Below are positions 1 through 8,211 of a stretch of 64,000 nt of DNA, piece by piece. The notes below the pieces were generated by a model, which saw only the letters and a list, made by a program, of their open reading frames with translations, ran no database searches and was not told the DNA's origin. How positions within the stretch are numbered: the stretch's first letter is position 1; each line of letters starts with the position of its first letter. The position numbers were made by a program, and so were the translations under genes. This DNA comes from a phage, in NCBI GenBank assembly GCA_033580375.1, contig GCA_033580375.1_4527.1. One strand, given 5' to 3'.

Positions 1-63
1 CGCAGAAGCTCTGGTGTGGTCAAGACGACGATTGATTTTGTTAATTTTATTATTTGATAACAT
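1..63 (-). CDS. hypothetical protein, N-terminal fragment (gene runs off window start)
   Basis: ATG at 63..61 on minus strand preceded by GAGGA-like SD; frame open to window edge (MLSNNKINKINRRLDHT...). Confidence 0.3.
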   Translation of the reverse strand, partial: MLSNNKINKINRRLDHTRASA

Positions 64-215
64 AATATTTTCCTCTGTCTTACGGACGTTAGGTCATTTA
101 GCTGATAAGCTTATAATATCATGCCCTCAGGCAGTGTACACTCTTTTTTCATAAAATGCTTTAATTTTTTATGTGTTATAATGGTTCTGAGTTCCATCCG
201 GTTATTCCAATCCAG

Positions 216-824
216 TCAGTAACTGACAATAGTCAGATTCCAGATTGTATAATTTCCGTCTTGAATAATAGAATCTACACGCAGTGTAGTCCCTATAGGG
301 AGCATAAATTCACATTCGTCAGATATAAGTCTAGCATTAGACCGTCTTGTCGCTTCAGGGAAAGCTCCATTGAACTCACAAGACGGCGCAGCCAGAATCA
401 TATTAAGCATATGTTCACGGAAGTTGAAAGCAAATGGTGCATCTTTGATGCAGAACATATTAAATGTTCCGTAAAAATTATACGAAGCGAAGTTACGTGC
501 TACACCGAACACCGGGCTGAAGCTCATTACTCTATCAAATTTAATAATACTACCAACGCCTTTATCATCAAGTGTGGCCATAGTTTTCTTAGAGATTCCA
601 CGATACATTGTCTCAGGAACAGAAGACGACCAATTTCTACGAACAATTGCACTTAAATCTTGTTGGATGCTATCAGGCTTGTTTTCCATACACTGCCATA
701 GTACACTTTGTTCAATGTCGCTGAATTGCTCATCGATTTTGTACTGAAGCATATCTTGATAATCTGGACATTGAGCACGTCGAACCATTTCCTCAATTTC
801 ACATTCATTATACGGCATAAACAT
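216..824 (-). CDS. ADP-ribosyltransferase, ModA/ModB-like
   Basis: 202 aa; R (YRGISKK), S-x-S (SFSPVF) and E-x-E (DECEF) motifs in the order expected for Arg-specific ARTs; sits near soc as mod genes do in T4. Confidence 0.5.
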   Translation of the reverse strand: MFMPYNECEIEEMVRRAQCPDYQDMLQYKIDEQFSDIEQSVLWQCMENKPDSIQQDLSAIVRRNWSSSVPETMYRGISKKTMATLDDKGVGSIIKFDRVMSFSPVFGVARNFASYNFYGTFNMFCIKDAPFAFNFREHMLNMILAAPSCEFNGAFPEATRRSNARLISDECEFMLPIGTTLRVDSIIQDGNYTIWNLTIVSY

Positions 825-1232
825 TTTGGTTTCTCCTATGGTTGATAAAGGTATAGTATCATCATCGGAAGAGTTTGTACACTAAAAATTCAACATTTTC
901 AAATGAATGATTTTGTATAATCGAGATAAAGGGATATATTCTAAGTCTTCAATTTCCACAATCTCAAATCTAGAGATACTTGAGACCATGTACTCTTATT
1001 CAGATTGACATGTCATGATAGACCTCCATTTAAAGATAAGCCTATCATAACACGAAAGGAGGGAATGTAAACTACTTTTTAAGCTTTCCTACTAAAGGAC
1101 CGTCAGGCCCAGGTTGTTCTAACATGAATGGTGATGCTTTAAGAAGCAATGCCAACCCTTTCACCATTCGATACCATATCTCAAAGTCCTTTTTCTTGGT
1201 TTCCACTAAGAATTGCTCTTTCAAATGCTCTT

Positions 1233-1421
1233 TCATTTCCAAGGACTCCACGGTGGTGGGTCGTCATAATAAGAGGCTAGGTCTTTCAGGACTTCTAATG
1301 GTAAACTAAAACCATGACGTTGTATAATACTATCAATTTCATTGACAAGTTCACCACGTTGTTCTTTAGGAGCCTTGACTTCAGGCTCATCAAACATACT
1401 CATCAAGTCCATATTATTCAC
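1233..1421 (-). CDS. hypothetical protein
   Basis: 62-aa ORF on dominant strand, overlaps next gene by 8 nt. Confidence 0.35.
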   Translation of the reverse strand: MNNMDLMSMFDEPEVKAPKEQRGELVNEIDSIIQRHGFSLPLEVLKDLASYYDDPPPWSPWK

Positions 1422-1878
1422 CGAGATAAAAACTAGCCGGTTCAGAGAATGTTTCTAGTGCTACACCTTTTGTCTTAAAAAATTTCCAAATAGCTCGTTG
1501 CAAATGGATTAAATCTGCTAATGATGTAATAAAGTATTTTTTGGCAAAATACTTATGGTCTCGCTTTTCAAACAGGTCTAAACGCTTTTCAGGATTCACA
1601 TAAACAGCATTTTCTGTAGATTCGTACCCTAAATCCTTTATGCCTTCTTCAAGACTAAATGGAGAATTTTTAGAATGAGTAATAGCTCCAACTCGCTCTA
1701 CACGAATTTTGTAACCTTTAGGAATCTGCAATTTACAGAATTCTTCTACGATATATTGCGGATTATTTAGACTTTTGTTAATGAGAATAGCTATTTCTAG
1801 TGGAGTCTTATCTTCTACTGGTATATGTTTAAATGACTTGGCTTCAAGCAAATACATTTTAAATAACATAGCATCCAT
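1414..1878 (-). CDS. hypothetical protein
   Basis: 154-aa ORF on dominant coding strand; no recognisable motif. Confidence 0.5.
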   Translation of the reverse strand: MDAMLFKMYLLEAKSFKHIPVEDKTPLEIAILINKSLNNPQYIVEEFCKLQIPKGYKIRVERVGAITHSKNSPFSLEEGIKDLGYESTENAVYVNPEKRLDLFEKRDHKYFAKKYFITSLADLIHLQRAIWKFFKTKGVALETFSEPASFYLGE

Positions 1879-2053
1879 TATAATTTCCTCAATGGTTCAC
1901 CCATATAAAGTTTTACAATACGTTCGCCTTCATCTTCGACGAGCTTTTCTTCATGTTTCTGGAGTTCTTTGACCATTTTCTCTTCAAAAACATCTAACCA
2001 ATCTTCTGGACCGACACCATCATTCAAGCTTTTAAACCATTTTACTATTCTGT

Positions 2054-2377
2054 TCATTCACAGCTCCCTGAGCTTGAACTACAATCAGAATCACTTGTCC
2101 CAGAATCACCAGGCCAAGACGATACGTATGAATGATTATAACTTGAAGAGCTTGAAGCATTAACCTGTTTTGTTTTTGGACGAATAATTTCTTCCATCAT
2201 TCCGTCACCGATATATTCCCAACTTTTTTCATGTGTATCAGGAATAGGCATCATCCCCTCGCCTGGTTTAGCAGCAAACAACTTCTTCAGCATCGTAAGC
2301 ATTAATTGTTCCTCGAACAAAACGAACACCACCATCATCCCAACGGATTTCGGCATTAAATTTGACGTCTTCACCAT
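2054..2377 (-). CDS. hypothetical protein, Ser-rich C-terminus (start uncertain; internal ATGs possible)
   Basis: 107-aa ORF; 5' end overlaps ORF 2268..2495 in another frame, so true start is probably internal. Confidence 0.35.
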   Translation of the reverse strand: MVKTSNLMPKSVGMMVVFVLFEEQLMLTMLKKLFAAKPGEGMMPIPDTHEKSWEYIGDGMMEEIIRPKTKQVNASSSSSYNHSYVSSWPGDSGTSDSDCSSSSGSCE

Positions 2378-2495
2378 CCATCATGAATGAGTGTACGACT
2401 ACATCATCGTAATATCCAAGACCGTATTTCAACGAAACTTCTTGAGCAATCAAAGCACCTAATGTGTTATTAGGTTTAATCCAACGATTTAACAT
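2268..2495 (-). CDS. hypothetical protein
   Basis: 75-aa ORF on dominant strand. Confidence 0.35.
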   Translation of the reverse strand: MLNRWIKPNNTLGALIAQEVSLKYGLGYYDDVVVHSFMMDGEDVKFNAEIRWDDGGVRFVRGTINAYDAEEVVCC

Positions 2496-2562
2496 ATTGT
2501 TCTCCTCTTGAGTAAGTAAGAATATCTTAACATAGTTTTTAGTGGTTGTAAACTCTAGAAAC

Positions 2563-2588
2563 GAAAAAAGGAATCCCGAAGGATTCCT
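2563..2588 (-). terminator. rho-independent terminator, UUCG-tetraloop hairpin plus U-tract
   Basis: minus-strand RNA AGGAAUCC-UUCG-GGAUUCCU followed by UUUUUU, just after soc stop. Confidence 0.6.
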
Positions 2589-2596
2589 TAAATTAT

Positions 2597-2833
2597 TTAA
2601 CCACTTACTGGTGTAGGGGTAAACATTGTAGCGTTCTTAGTACGCCAATCTTCTGCGCTTGACACTACCGTAGTGTAAGCAGCTTTTTCAGATGGGAAAG
2701 TCTGATAATGAGCATCAGCAATTCGGTGCTCATTTGAGTAAATCTCAAACGGAACCGAAACTTCCATACCTTTAACTTCTTTGCCTTCACCAGCAGGATG
2801 CGTAAAGGTTTTGATGTTTACATAACCACCCAT
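2597..2833 (-). CDS. soc: small outer capsid protein Soc
   Basis: 78 aa; GYVNIKTF...AHYQTFPSEKAAY matches T4 Soc as I recall it. Confidence 0.8.
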   Translation of the reverse strand: MGGYVNIKTFTHPAGEGKEVKGMEVSVPFEIYSNEHRIADAHYQTFPSEKAAYTTVVSSAEDWRTKNATMFTPTPVSG

Positions 2834-2864
2834 AATTAACTCCTTTGTTGTTTAATTACAGGTG

Positions 2865-2872
2865 TATTTATA
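2865..2872 (-). promoter_or_regulatory. T4-type late promoter TATAAATA upstream of soc
   Basis: plus tatttata = minus TATAAATA about 30 nt upstream of soc ATG. Confidence 0.5.
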
Positions 2873-2878
2873 ACTTAA

Positions 2879-3400
2879 TTAGTACCCATTATCCTGACGT
2901 TCAAAGTTGTGTTGGTTTTTCAAGTAGTAAAGTTTAAAGATTTCTTCAGCCGAAAGACCTAGACCCTGGAACATATTTAGAACGAAATGCAGAATATCAA
3001 TCATTTCAAATTTAATTTCAAGTTGGTCTTCAGGAGACAGTTCATCGATACGACGATTTCGATATTCAGCATGTTGTGCTTTCCAAGGCTTCCATACACT
3101 GCTGGCAGCTTTTTCACCATTGCTCATACCACCAAGTGAAGTCAGCAGTTCACGGAATTCATCATCAATATAATCTTTCTGATTACGCAGCCAATCAACA
3201 ACATCGCCAGCAGTGACCAATTCATCAGGATGTTTGTTATGTTCAGGCTTGTCATTTGCCAGACGAACCTGTAAAGATTTCTGCATATCAAGCATTACCT
3301 GCAGTGGGTCTTTATCTTCGTGAATCAGAGCATTAAAATAAGCTTCTTCTGCTTTATCAACACCAGAAATAAGTTGTGAACATTCATTAAAGTGTGCCAT
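2879..3400 (-). CDS. 56: dCTP pyrophosphatase (dCTPase/dUTPase) gp56
   Basis: MAHFNEC...DPLQVMLDMQ...DDEFRELLTSLG...KFE..DI.HFVLNMF..LG..AEEIFKLYYLKN matches T4 gp56; start set at ATG 3400 (173 aa). Confidence 0.85.
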   Translation of the reverse strand: MAHFNECSQLISGVDKAEEAYFNALIHEDKDPLQVMLDMQKSLQVRLANDKPEHNKHPDELVTAGDVVDWLRNQKDYIDDEFRELLTSLGGMSNGEKAASSVWKPWKAQHAEYRNRRIDELSPEDQLEIKFEMIDILHFVLNMFQGLGLSAEEIFKLYYLKNQHNFERQDNGY

Positions 3401-3489
3401 TATTTTTCCTTTCAATTCAGTATAAGAGAGTTAATTCTAACATTAATTTTATAAAGCGTAATAAATAATAAGGTAACTAAGGAGATATT

Positions 3490-3687
3490 ATGTTTAAACT
3501 TCCATCGTTAATCAATGCTATTAAAGGCAATAAAAAGAAAACTGCTATCGCTGCAATAGTTGTAGGTGGCATTATTTCATGGAACTTCGGTATCGCACCG
3601 GTGTTAGTTGCTAATGGTATTATAGTTCCTTCTGTTCCGTTGGATACTGTTGTTGACCTAGCTTTTGCTGTTATAGGGCTAGTCTAA
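3490..3687 (+). CDS. small hydrophobic (membrane) protein, plus strand
   Basis: 65 aa, strong SD AAGGAG 8 nt upstream of ATG, two predicted TM segments; late-promoter-like ATAAATA upstream. Confidence 0.5.
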   Translation: MFKLPSLINAIKGNKKKTAIAAIVVGGIISWNFGIAPVLVANGIIVPSVPLDTVVDLAFAVIGLV

Positions 3688-4718
3688 ATTTTAGAATACC
3701 GAGATAATCTCATTTTAGCATGCAACCCACTTGAAATATTCTGTTTCATATATTCTAAAATTTCTTGTGGTGTTGCATTTTCTTTCATTACCATATCATT
3801 CACATCCTTTGATCTCCATGGAGCTCTATCCCAGAACATGACACGTTCGCCTGCATCAACTAATCGCTTCATACGAGCTATAGTATCCGGATGCCTAGGT
3901 TCATTATCCATTACCCATACCCGACGTTCTTTAAATGGTACCACATCTAAATCTATTGAGCCGCCTGTAATAGCGATTGCATTAGGTATGAATAAACTAT
4001 CAATAGGGCCTTCCATTACCCAGACGTCTCCTTCCTTAACACGTTCAACACCATAAATTTTTGTTGCGGACTCAAAAGCTTTAATAGTGATATATTTTTG
4101 AGGAGCATCTTTGCGAAGTGCACGTCCTTGAAATGACTCGGCCTTCCCGTCTTTATTAAAAATAGGAATCACTAAACGCGGTTCGGGAATCTCTTTCTTA
4201 TACGTACCAGGTTGAATCTTGTTGACCAATTTAGGCCATTCTAATGTGAACCATAATCTGTTCCACGATTCTTTAGGAATACACCGAGACTTAACATATT
4301 TCACAATAGGATGCTCTTCAGGCAACTTGTCCAGACGAGAACAAGACGGCAAAGAATTTATAGTCTTTTTCTCCGGTTCTGGTTTATGTTCAGGAACCTT
4401 TTCGATCTTTGGTTCCATTCTAGCTTTTTCTTTACGAACTTCCATTAGATATTCGCGATAAAGCTCTTCGTCATACTCTTTTAAGTATCCAGAAATCGTA
4501 TTATGATATTGGCAGTTATAGCAATGCACATTACCTGGAGTACCGCCATAATACCATCCGCGGGCTTTCATTGCATCTGTCTGAGAGTCGCCACAAACTG
4601 GACAACGAAACGTTAATTTAAATGTGCTTGAATTATTGATTTGTCTAAAACGAGGTAGGTGAGAAAACGCACGATAAGCAAATTCATTATCTATCCATTC
4701 AGCCATAGTATTCTCCAA
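3684..4718 (-). CDS. 61: DNA primase gp61
   Basis: WIDNEFAYRA...NNSSTFKL.FRCPVCGDS..D..KARGWYYG zinc-ribbon N-terminus matches T4 gp61. Confidence 0.9.
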   Translation of the reverse strand: MENTMAEWIDNEFAYRAFSHLPRFRQINNSSTFKLTFRCPVCGDSQTDAMKARGWYYGGTPGNVHCYNCQYHNTISGYLKEYDEELYREYLMEVRKEKARMEPKIEKVPEHKPEPEKKTINSLPSCSRLDKLPEEHPIVKYVKSRCIPKESWNRLWFTLEWPKLVNKIQPGTYKKEIPEPRLVIPIFNKDGKAESFQGRALRKDAPQKYITIKAFESATKIYGVERVKEGDVWVMEGPIDSLFIPNAIAITGGSIDLDVVPFKERRVWVMDNEPRHPDTIARMKRLVDAGERVMFWDRAPWRSKDVNDMVMKENATPQEILEYMKQNISSGLHAKMRLSRYSKI

Positions 4719-4745
4719 AGGCCTTAAATTAATAAGGCCATCATA

Positions 4746-5240
4746 TCACAACTTATTGATATTTACTTTAATTCGCTTTCTTTTCTTGTAAGGAATTTGT
4801 TCTGGACCTTTATTTACGACTGCACCTGTAGTTGTTCCTGATGCAATAGCTTGAGGGCTGCCACCTGAATCACCGGCCACCATATCCTCAAATAAAGGGA
4901 GTTCTTTAAATATTTCTTTCTGTTGTTCTTCAGTAATGTTATAGCGTGAAGCTACAGCACTCCAAGCAGACATCATTGAGGCCATTCCATTAAGACCCGG
5001 AACAGTGCTCATCATTCGCTTCATTGAACGAACTGAAGCATGAAAAGGTGTATAAGCCGCTTTCTCTTCAGGAGTAGAAGGACGTTTAAGAACACTTCCA
5101 CGTTCGTCGATTATTTTGGCTTCGTACGCTTTCCATTCTGTAAAAGGTTTTTGCATTAGTCGAATAAACTTATATGCATAAACTGAATCTATTGCAGTGT
5201 TAATAATACCCATAGGTACCTCCTGAGTATATTTAATCAA
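4746..5240 (-). CDS. hypothetical protein
   Basis: 164-aa ORF between primase and helicase genes. Confidence 0.5.
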   Translation of the reverse strand: MIKYTQEVPMGIINTAIDSVYAYKFIRLMQKPFTEWKAYEAKIIDERGSVLKRPSTPEEKAAYTPFHASVRSMKRMMSTVPGLNGMASMMSAWSAVASRYNITEEQQKEIFKELPLFEDMVAGDSGGSPQAIASGTTTGAVVNKGPEQIPYKKRKRIKVNINKL

Positions 5241-5430
5241 TCACAAAGATCGCTTTATCGCCGTTCGCATCTGTGACTTCATATGTAGTGTCTTCATAGT
5301 GTGGAATATTCCAAATTACACCATCATTAGCTTTTACGCTAATATGACATTGGTGTTTTGAAACAACTTCATAATCTTCAAAACTTGTAAAAACACTAAT
5401 TTTAGAACCAGTGCAAATTGCAGTAGTCAT
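5233..5430 (-). CDS. hypothetical protein
   Basis: 65-aa ORF, tightly packed with neighbours. Confidence 0.4.
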   Translation of the reverse strand: MTTAICTGSKISVFTSFEDYEVVSKHQCHISVKANDGVIWNIPHYEDTTYEVTDANGDKAIFVID

Positions 5431-5431
5431 T

Positions 5432-6091
5432 TTAACCTCGATTCATAAATGCATTAAATATTTGGTCATCAACAGAAATTTCTAATTCGACTTCAATTGC
5501 TTCAGCCTTTTCTTCAGGTGGTAATTCGTATCCACACACTACAATTTTTTCATCGATATCAAAATATACAGAAGCAATATGATTAATGTTATTTTCAGTT
5601 AAGTCTAAATCAACATCAACATCTTTTTGACCTACACTTAAAGGATAACTAATACGGGTTATTTTATTATCTTTAACAAAGAGTCCACCAACATACTCTG
5701 TACTACGTTTGAAGTTTACACGTTTCCGAATTGAAAGATATGATGCATCTTTACCGTGGGCTCGGCTCATAGGACATAATGAATAACTAGAATAAGAGAT
5801 ATCAAATCCTACGCCTTCAACATGTGCCAGAGTATCATGAGTAAACCAATTATAGTCGTATGCCAAATCCATTAAATTATAATATGTGAATGGAACCGGA
5901 TTAACGTCATACGTTGTACCTTTAAAATCTGCCCAGGCAACGATTTCGTTATCTTTAACAATTACAAAAATTACACCAATATGGTATCCGTTATTATTTT
6001 CATTCGGCGTTATATTATAACATTGTGCATTAGGAAATTTACCATATTTAAATGGCGCGTTTTTGTGCATATAATAAATCATATTATTCAC
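5432..6091 (-). CDS. hypothetical protein
   Basis: 219-aa ORF, no recognisable motif. Confidence 0.5.
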   Translation of the reverse strand: MNNMIYYMHKNAPFKYGKFPNAQCYNITPNENNNGYHIGVIFVIVKDNEIVAWADFKGTTYDVNPVPFTYYNLMDLAYDYNWFTHDTLAHVEGVGFDISYSSYSLCPMSRAHGKDASYLSIRKRVNFKRSTEYVGGLFVKDNKITRISYPLSVGQKDVDVDLDLTENNINHIASVYFDIDEKIVVCGYELPPEEKAEAIEVELEISVDDQIFNAFMNRG

Positions 6092-6377
6092 CTGTGATTT
6101 CGGTTACGATATCTTTGTTATCGAAATTAGGGTCACAATACAAAACATAGTTGTACTGCATGATACCGCCAGACTTAAGTTGTTCAACAACTTTATTAAC
6201 CATATTAGGACGGTCTCGTTTAGTGATGTTCATGATATCAGAGAAGATTTGTTGTTCAACATCTTCTTGATTTGCAGTCATTGACCACTCACAGAGGTCT
6301 TTATCATAACCTGCTGTAACTGGAGCTGGTGCACATGATACTGCAAGTAAGATTGCTGCCAATGATAACTTTTTCAT
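6084..6377 (-). CDS. sp: Spackle periplasmic protein (superinfection exclusion)
   Basis: 97 aa with signal peptide; AGYDKDLCEWSMTA...DIMNI.KRDRP...QLKSGG.MQYNYVLYCD.NF.NK matches T4 Sp. Confidence 0.8.
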   Translation of the reverse strand: MKKLSLAAILLAVSCAPAPVTAGYDKDLCEWSMTANQEDVEQQIFSDIMNITKRDRPNMVNKVVEQLKSGGIMQYNYVLYCDPNFDNKDIVTEITGE

Positions 6378-6394
6378 TTTAACTCCTTAGTTGA

Positions 6395-6436
6395 TTTGAT
6401 AGGACTACTATACTATAGTCCATCTATAATGTAAAC
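6395..6436 (-). promoter_or_regulatory. T4-type early promoter (GTTTAC -35, TATAGT -10) with inverted repeat
   Basis: minus-strand GTTTAC...TATAGT upstream of sp; ggacta/tagtcc inverted repeat around the -10. Confidence 0.5.
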
Positions 6437-6440
6437 AAGT

Positions 6441-6689
6441 TTATTCTTTTTCGCGAATAATAATTACTTGTTGAGGCTGCTGAGCAGATTTCTTTTCGGC
6501 AACGATAGACCAAATTAAAGTTCCAATCCAACCAACCATCGTCCAGTTAAAGAGCAAAGATACAAAGAAGATTGCTGTTGTGCTTTTTGTGCCACGAATA
6601 AGTGCGATTACCCAAGGCAACATGTAAATGATGATTGAACCAATACCTGCGATTAAAACTGCTACTGAACTAGCTACGAATAATTCCAT
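6441..6689 (-). CDS. small inner-membrane protein
   Basis: 82 aa, two long hydrophobic segments. Confidence 0.5.
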   Translation of the reverse strand: MELFVASSVAVLIAGIGSIIIYMLPWVIALIRGTKSTTAIFFVSLLFNWTMVGWIGTLIWSIVAEKKSAQQPQQVIIIREKE

Positions 6690-6750
6690 GTTAATTTCCT
6701 CTTGATTTGTTATGTTTATAGTATCTTGTTTTAACTTTGGCGTAAACCAA

Positions 6751-7119
6751 TTAATTAAATTTGTTTAAACGTTCAATACACTGGACGTAGTTATTCGCGA
6801 TTTGTTTCTGGGTAGGCTCTTTACCAGTTGTTTCAACATAGCGAATGAATGCGATTTCAGTAGCCTGTAGACAATGTTCTTTAACGCGTTGTTCTTTTGT
6901 CAATGCTACAGTATCAGAGTCACGATAACGTTGAGCATGGGCATCGGCTTGAATCATTCGATTACCTACAGTAACCGGGTCTTCCACTTCAACTTTAGGT
7001 TGGTTGTACTGTTTAACATTCGGGTTATAAATCAATTGGCCAACATTATTAGGGATAAAGCCATGAGCACCACATCCAGTTAATCCGAATACCATTGCTA
7101 AAGCTATTAATTTTTTCAT
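6751..7119 (-). CDS. predicted lipoprotein
   Basis: 122 aa; signal peptide with lipobox LTGC. Confidence 0.5.
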   Translation of the reverse strand: MKKLIALAMVFGLTGCGAHGFIPNNVGQLIYNPNVKQYNQPKVEVEDPVTVGNRMIQADAHAQRYRDSDTVALTKEQRVKEHCLQATEIAFIRYVETTGKEPTQKQIANNYVQCIERLNKFN

Positions 7120-7190
7120 TTCAATTTCCTCTGTAGTTGATAGAAAGATAGTAACACAGTATGCGGTGCTTGTAAACAGTTATTTTAAAA

Positions 7191-7379
7191 TTATCGAAAA
7201 TCTGCTTCAAAAACTTTCTCGTCATTAATAAATGCTTTAACTAATGCGTTGTTCACTTCAGCAAGTTGTACCGCAACCCACTCGATTTCTTCACGATCAC
7301 CTGATAACATGATATCTTTAGTGAACATCTCACCGCTTTTAAACCAGCCAATAAAAGTAATTTTAGTTAATTTGCTCAT
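7191..7379 (-). CDS. dmd: Dmd-like antitoxin (inhibitor of RnlA/LsoA-type toxins)
   Basis: FIGWFKSGEMFTKDI...AEVNNALVKAFIND resembles T4 Dmd as recalled; start taken at internal Met. Confidence 0.5.
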   Translation of the reverse strand: MSKLTKITFIGWFKSGEMFTKDIMLSGDREEIEWVAVQLAEVNNALVKAFINDEKVFEADFR

Positions 7380-7693
7380 ATTTCCTCGCAAAATGCCCAT
7401 TCAGCGTGATAAACTGTAGCACCTTTAGTATCATTCATTTGAACTACATCTACCGGAGAAATTACTCGATAGAGACGTGGTTCACCTCCATAAGAGCGTG
7501 CTGCTCGTCCTGCATAAATCTTTGCTAAACCGATATCTTCAGTAAAGAATACACGATCCAAGTTTTTCTTACGTCCGGTTTCAGACAGAACTCCTGTTTC
7601 TTCAGGAGGACAAAGCATGTTTTCGATGTTAGCTGAACTACTTGAACCGTGATAAAAAATCTTAAATTCTGCTTTACAATCAATGGTTTTCAT
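7376..7693 (-). CDS. hypothetical protein
   Basis: 105-aa ORF with SD GGAGAA. Confidence 0.45.
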   Translation of the reverse strand: MKTIDCKAEFKIFYHGSSSSANIENMLCPPEETGVLSETGRKKNLDRVFFTEDIGLAKIYAGRAARSYGGEPRLYRVISPVDVVQMNDTKGATVYHAEWAFCEEI

Positions 7694-7699
7694 TTTGTT

Positions 7700-7748
7700 C
7701 TCCAGTAGTTGATATGTCTATAATAACACAACTACTGGAGAAGTAAAC
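7700..7748 (-). promoter_or_regulatory. early promoter embedded in 12-bp inverted repeat that can sequester the downstream SD
   Basis: minus GTTTAC-tt-CTCCAGTAGTTG-[loop with TGTTATTAT]-CAACTACTGGAG-aacaaa-ATG; 3' arm contains GGAG of the SD. Confidence 0.6.
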
Positions 7749-8123
7749 TTAAAAACGTAATTTAGATATATCTGCGTTGATTTCGTTTTGGTTTGCGTCG
7801 TATGCAATTAAACGAACCGCTTTAGATGGGTCATTCAATGCATAGAAATGATGGAACATTGCTCGAACGATATCACCATTTACGAGTTCTACCTGGATAG
7901 GAGAACCTTTTTCGAGTTGGAAATGTTCATAAGCTTTGATGGTTCGCAGATAATCAAGTTTTTGATTTCCGGCTCCAACGATTTGTACGATACGTTTGCC
8001 CATGTTTTCCATACGAGATACAATAGTTTTAGGAGCAAGAATAACGTAGGTTGCCAGCGGAGAAACTACTTCAACAGTTGTGTTTTCGGTGATTGCAGTA
8101 AAAATTGCTTGAGACATATTCAT
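7749..8123 (-). CDS. hypothetical protein
   Basis: 124-aa ORF. Confidence 0.45.
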   Translation of the reverse strand: MNMSQAIFTAITENTTVEVVSPLATYVILAPKTIVSRMENMGKRIVQIVGAGNQKLDYLRTIKAYEHFQLEKGSPIQVELVNGDIVRAMFHHFYALNDPSKAVRLIAYDANQNEINADISKLRF

Positions 8124-8185
8124 AATGTTTTCCTCTTGGTTGGTGTAAGTACATCATATCATGCCTAGAGGAAGATGTAAACCCC

Positions 8186-8210
8186 GAAAGGAGACCGAAG
8201 TCTCCTTTTT
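8186..8210. terminator. hairpin terminator (GGAGAC-CGAA-GTCTCC) next to gp41 stop
   Basis: perfect 6-bp stem with tetraloop, T5 run on plus side, weaker U-run on minus side. Confidence 0.45.
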
Positions 8211-8211
8211 A

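Noticed and set aside
171-656. Plus-strand ORFs lying antisense to minus-strand genes (also 8381..8593, 19251..19691, 25195..25683, 40939..41304, 58593..59111 and similar)
   Set aside because: They sit wholly inside well-supported minus-strand genes, have no SD, and their translations are low-complexity; best explained as antisense frames left open by AT-rich codon usage.
7376-8123. Naming either ORF between dmd and gene 41 as a specific anti-defence factor
   Set aside because: I could not match either sequence to a protein I reliably remember; left as hypothetical.
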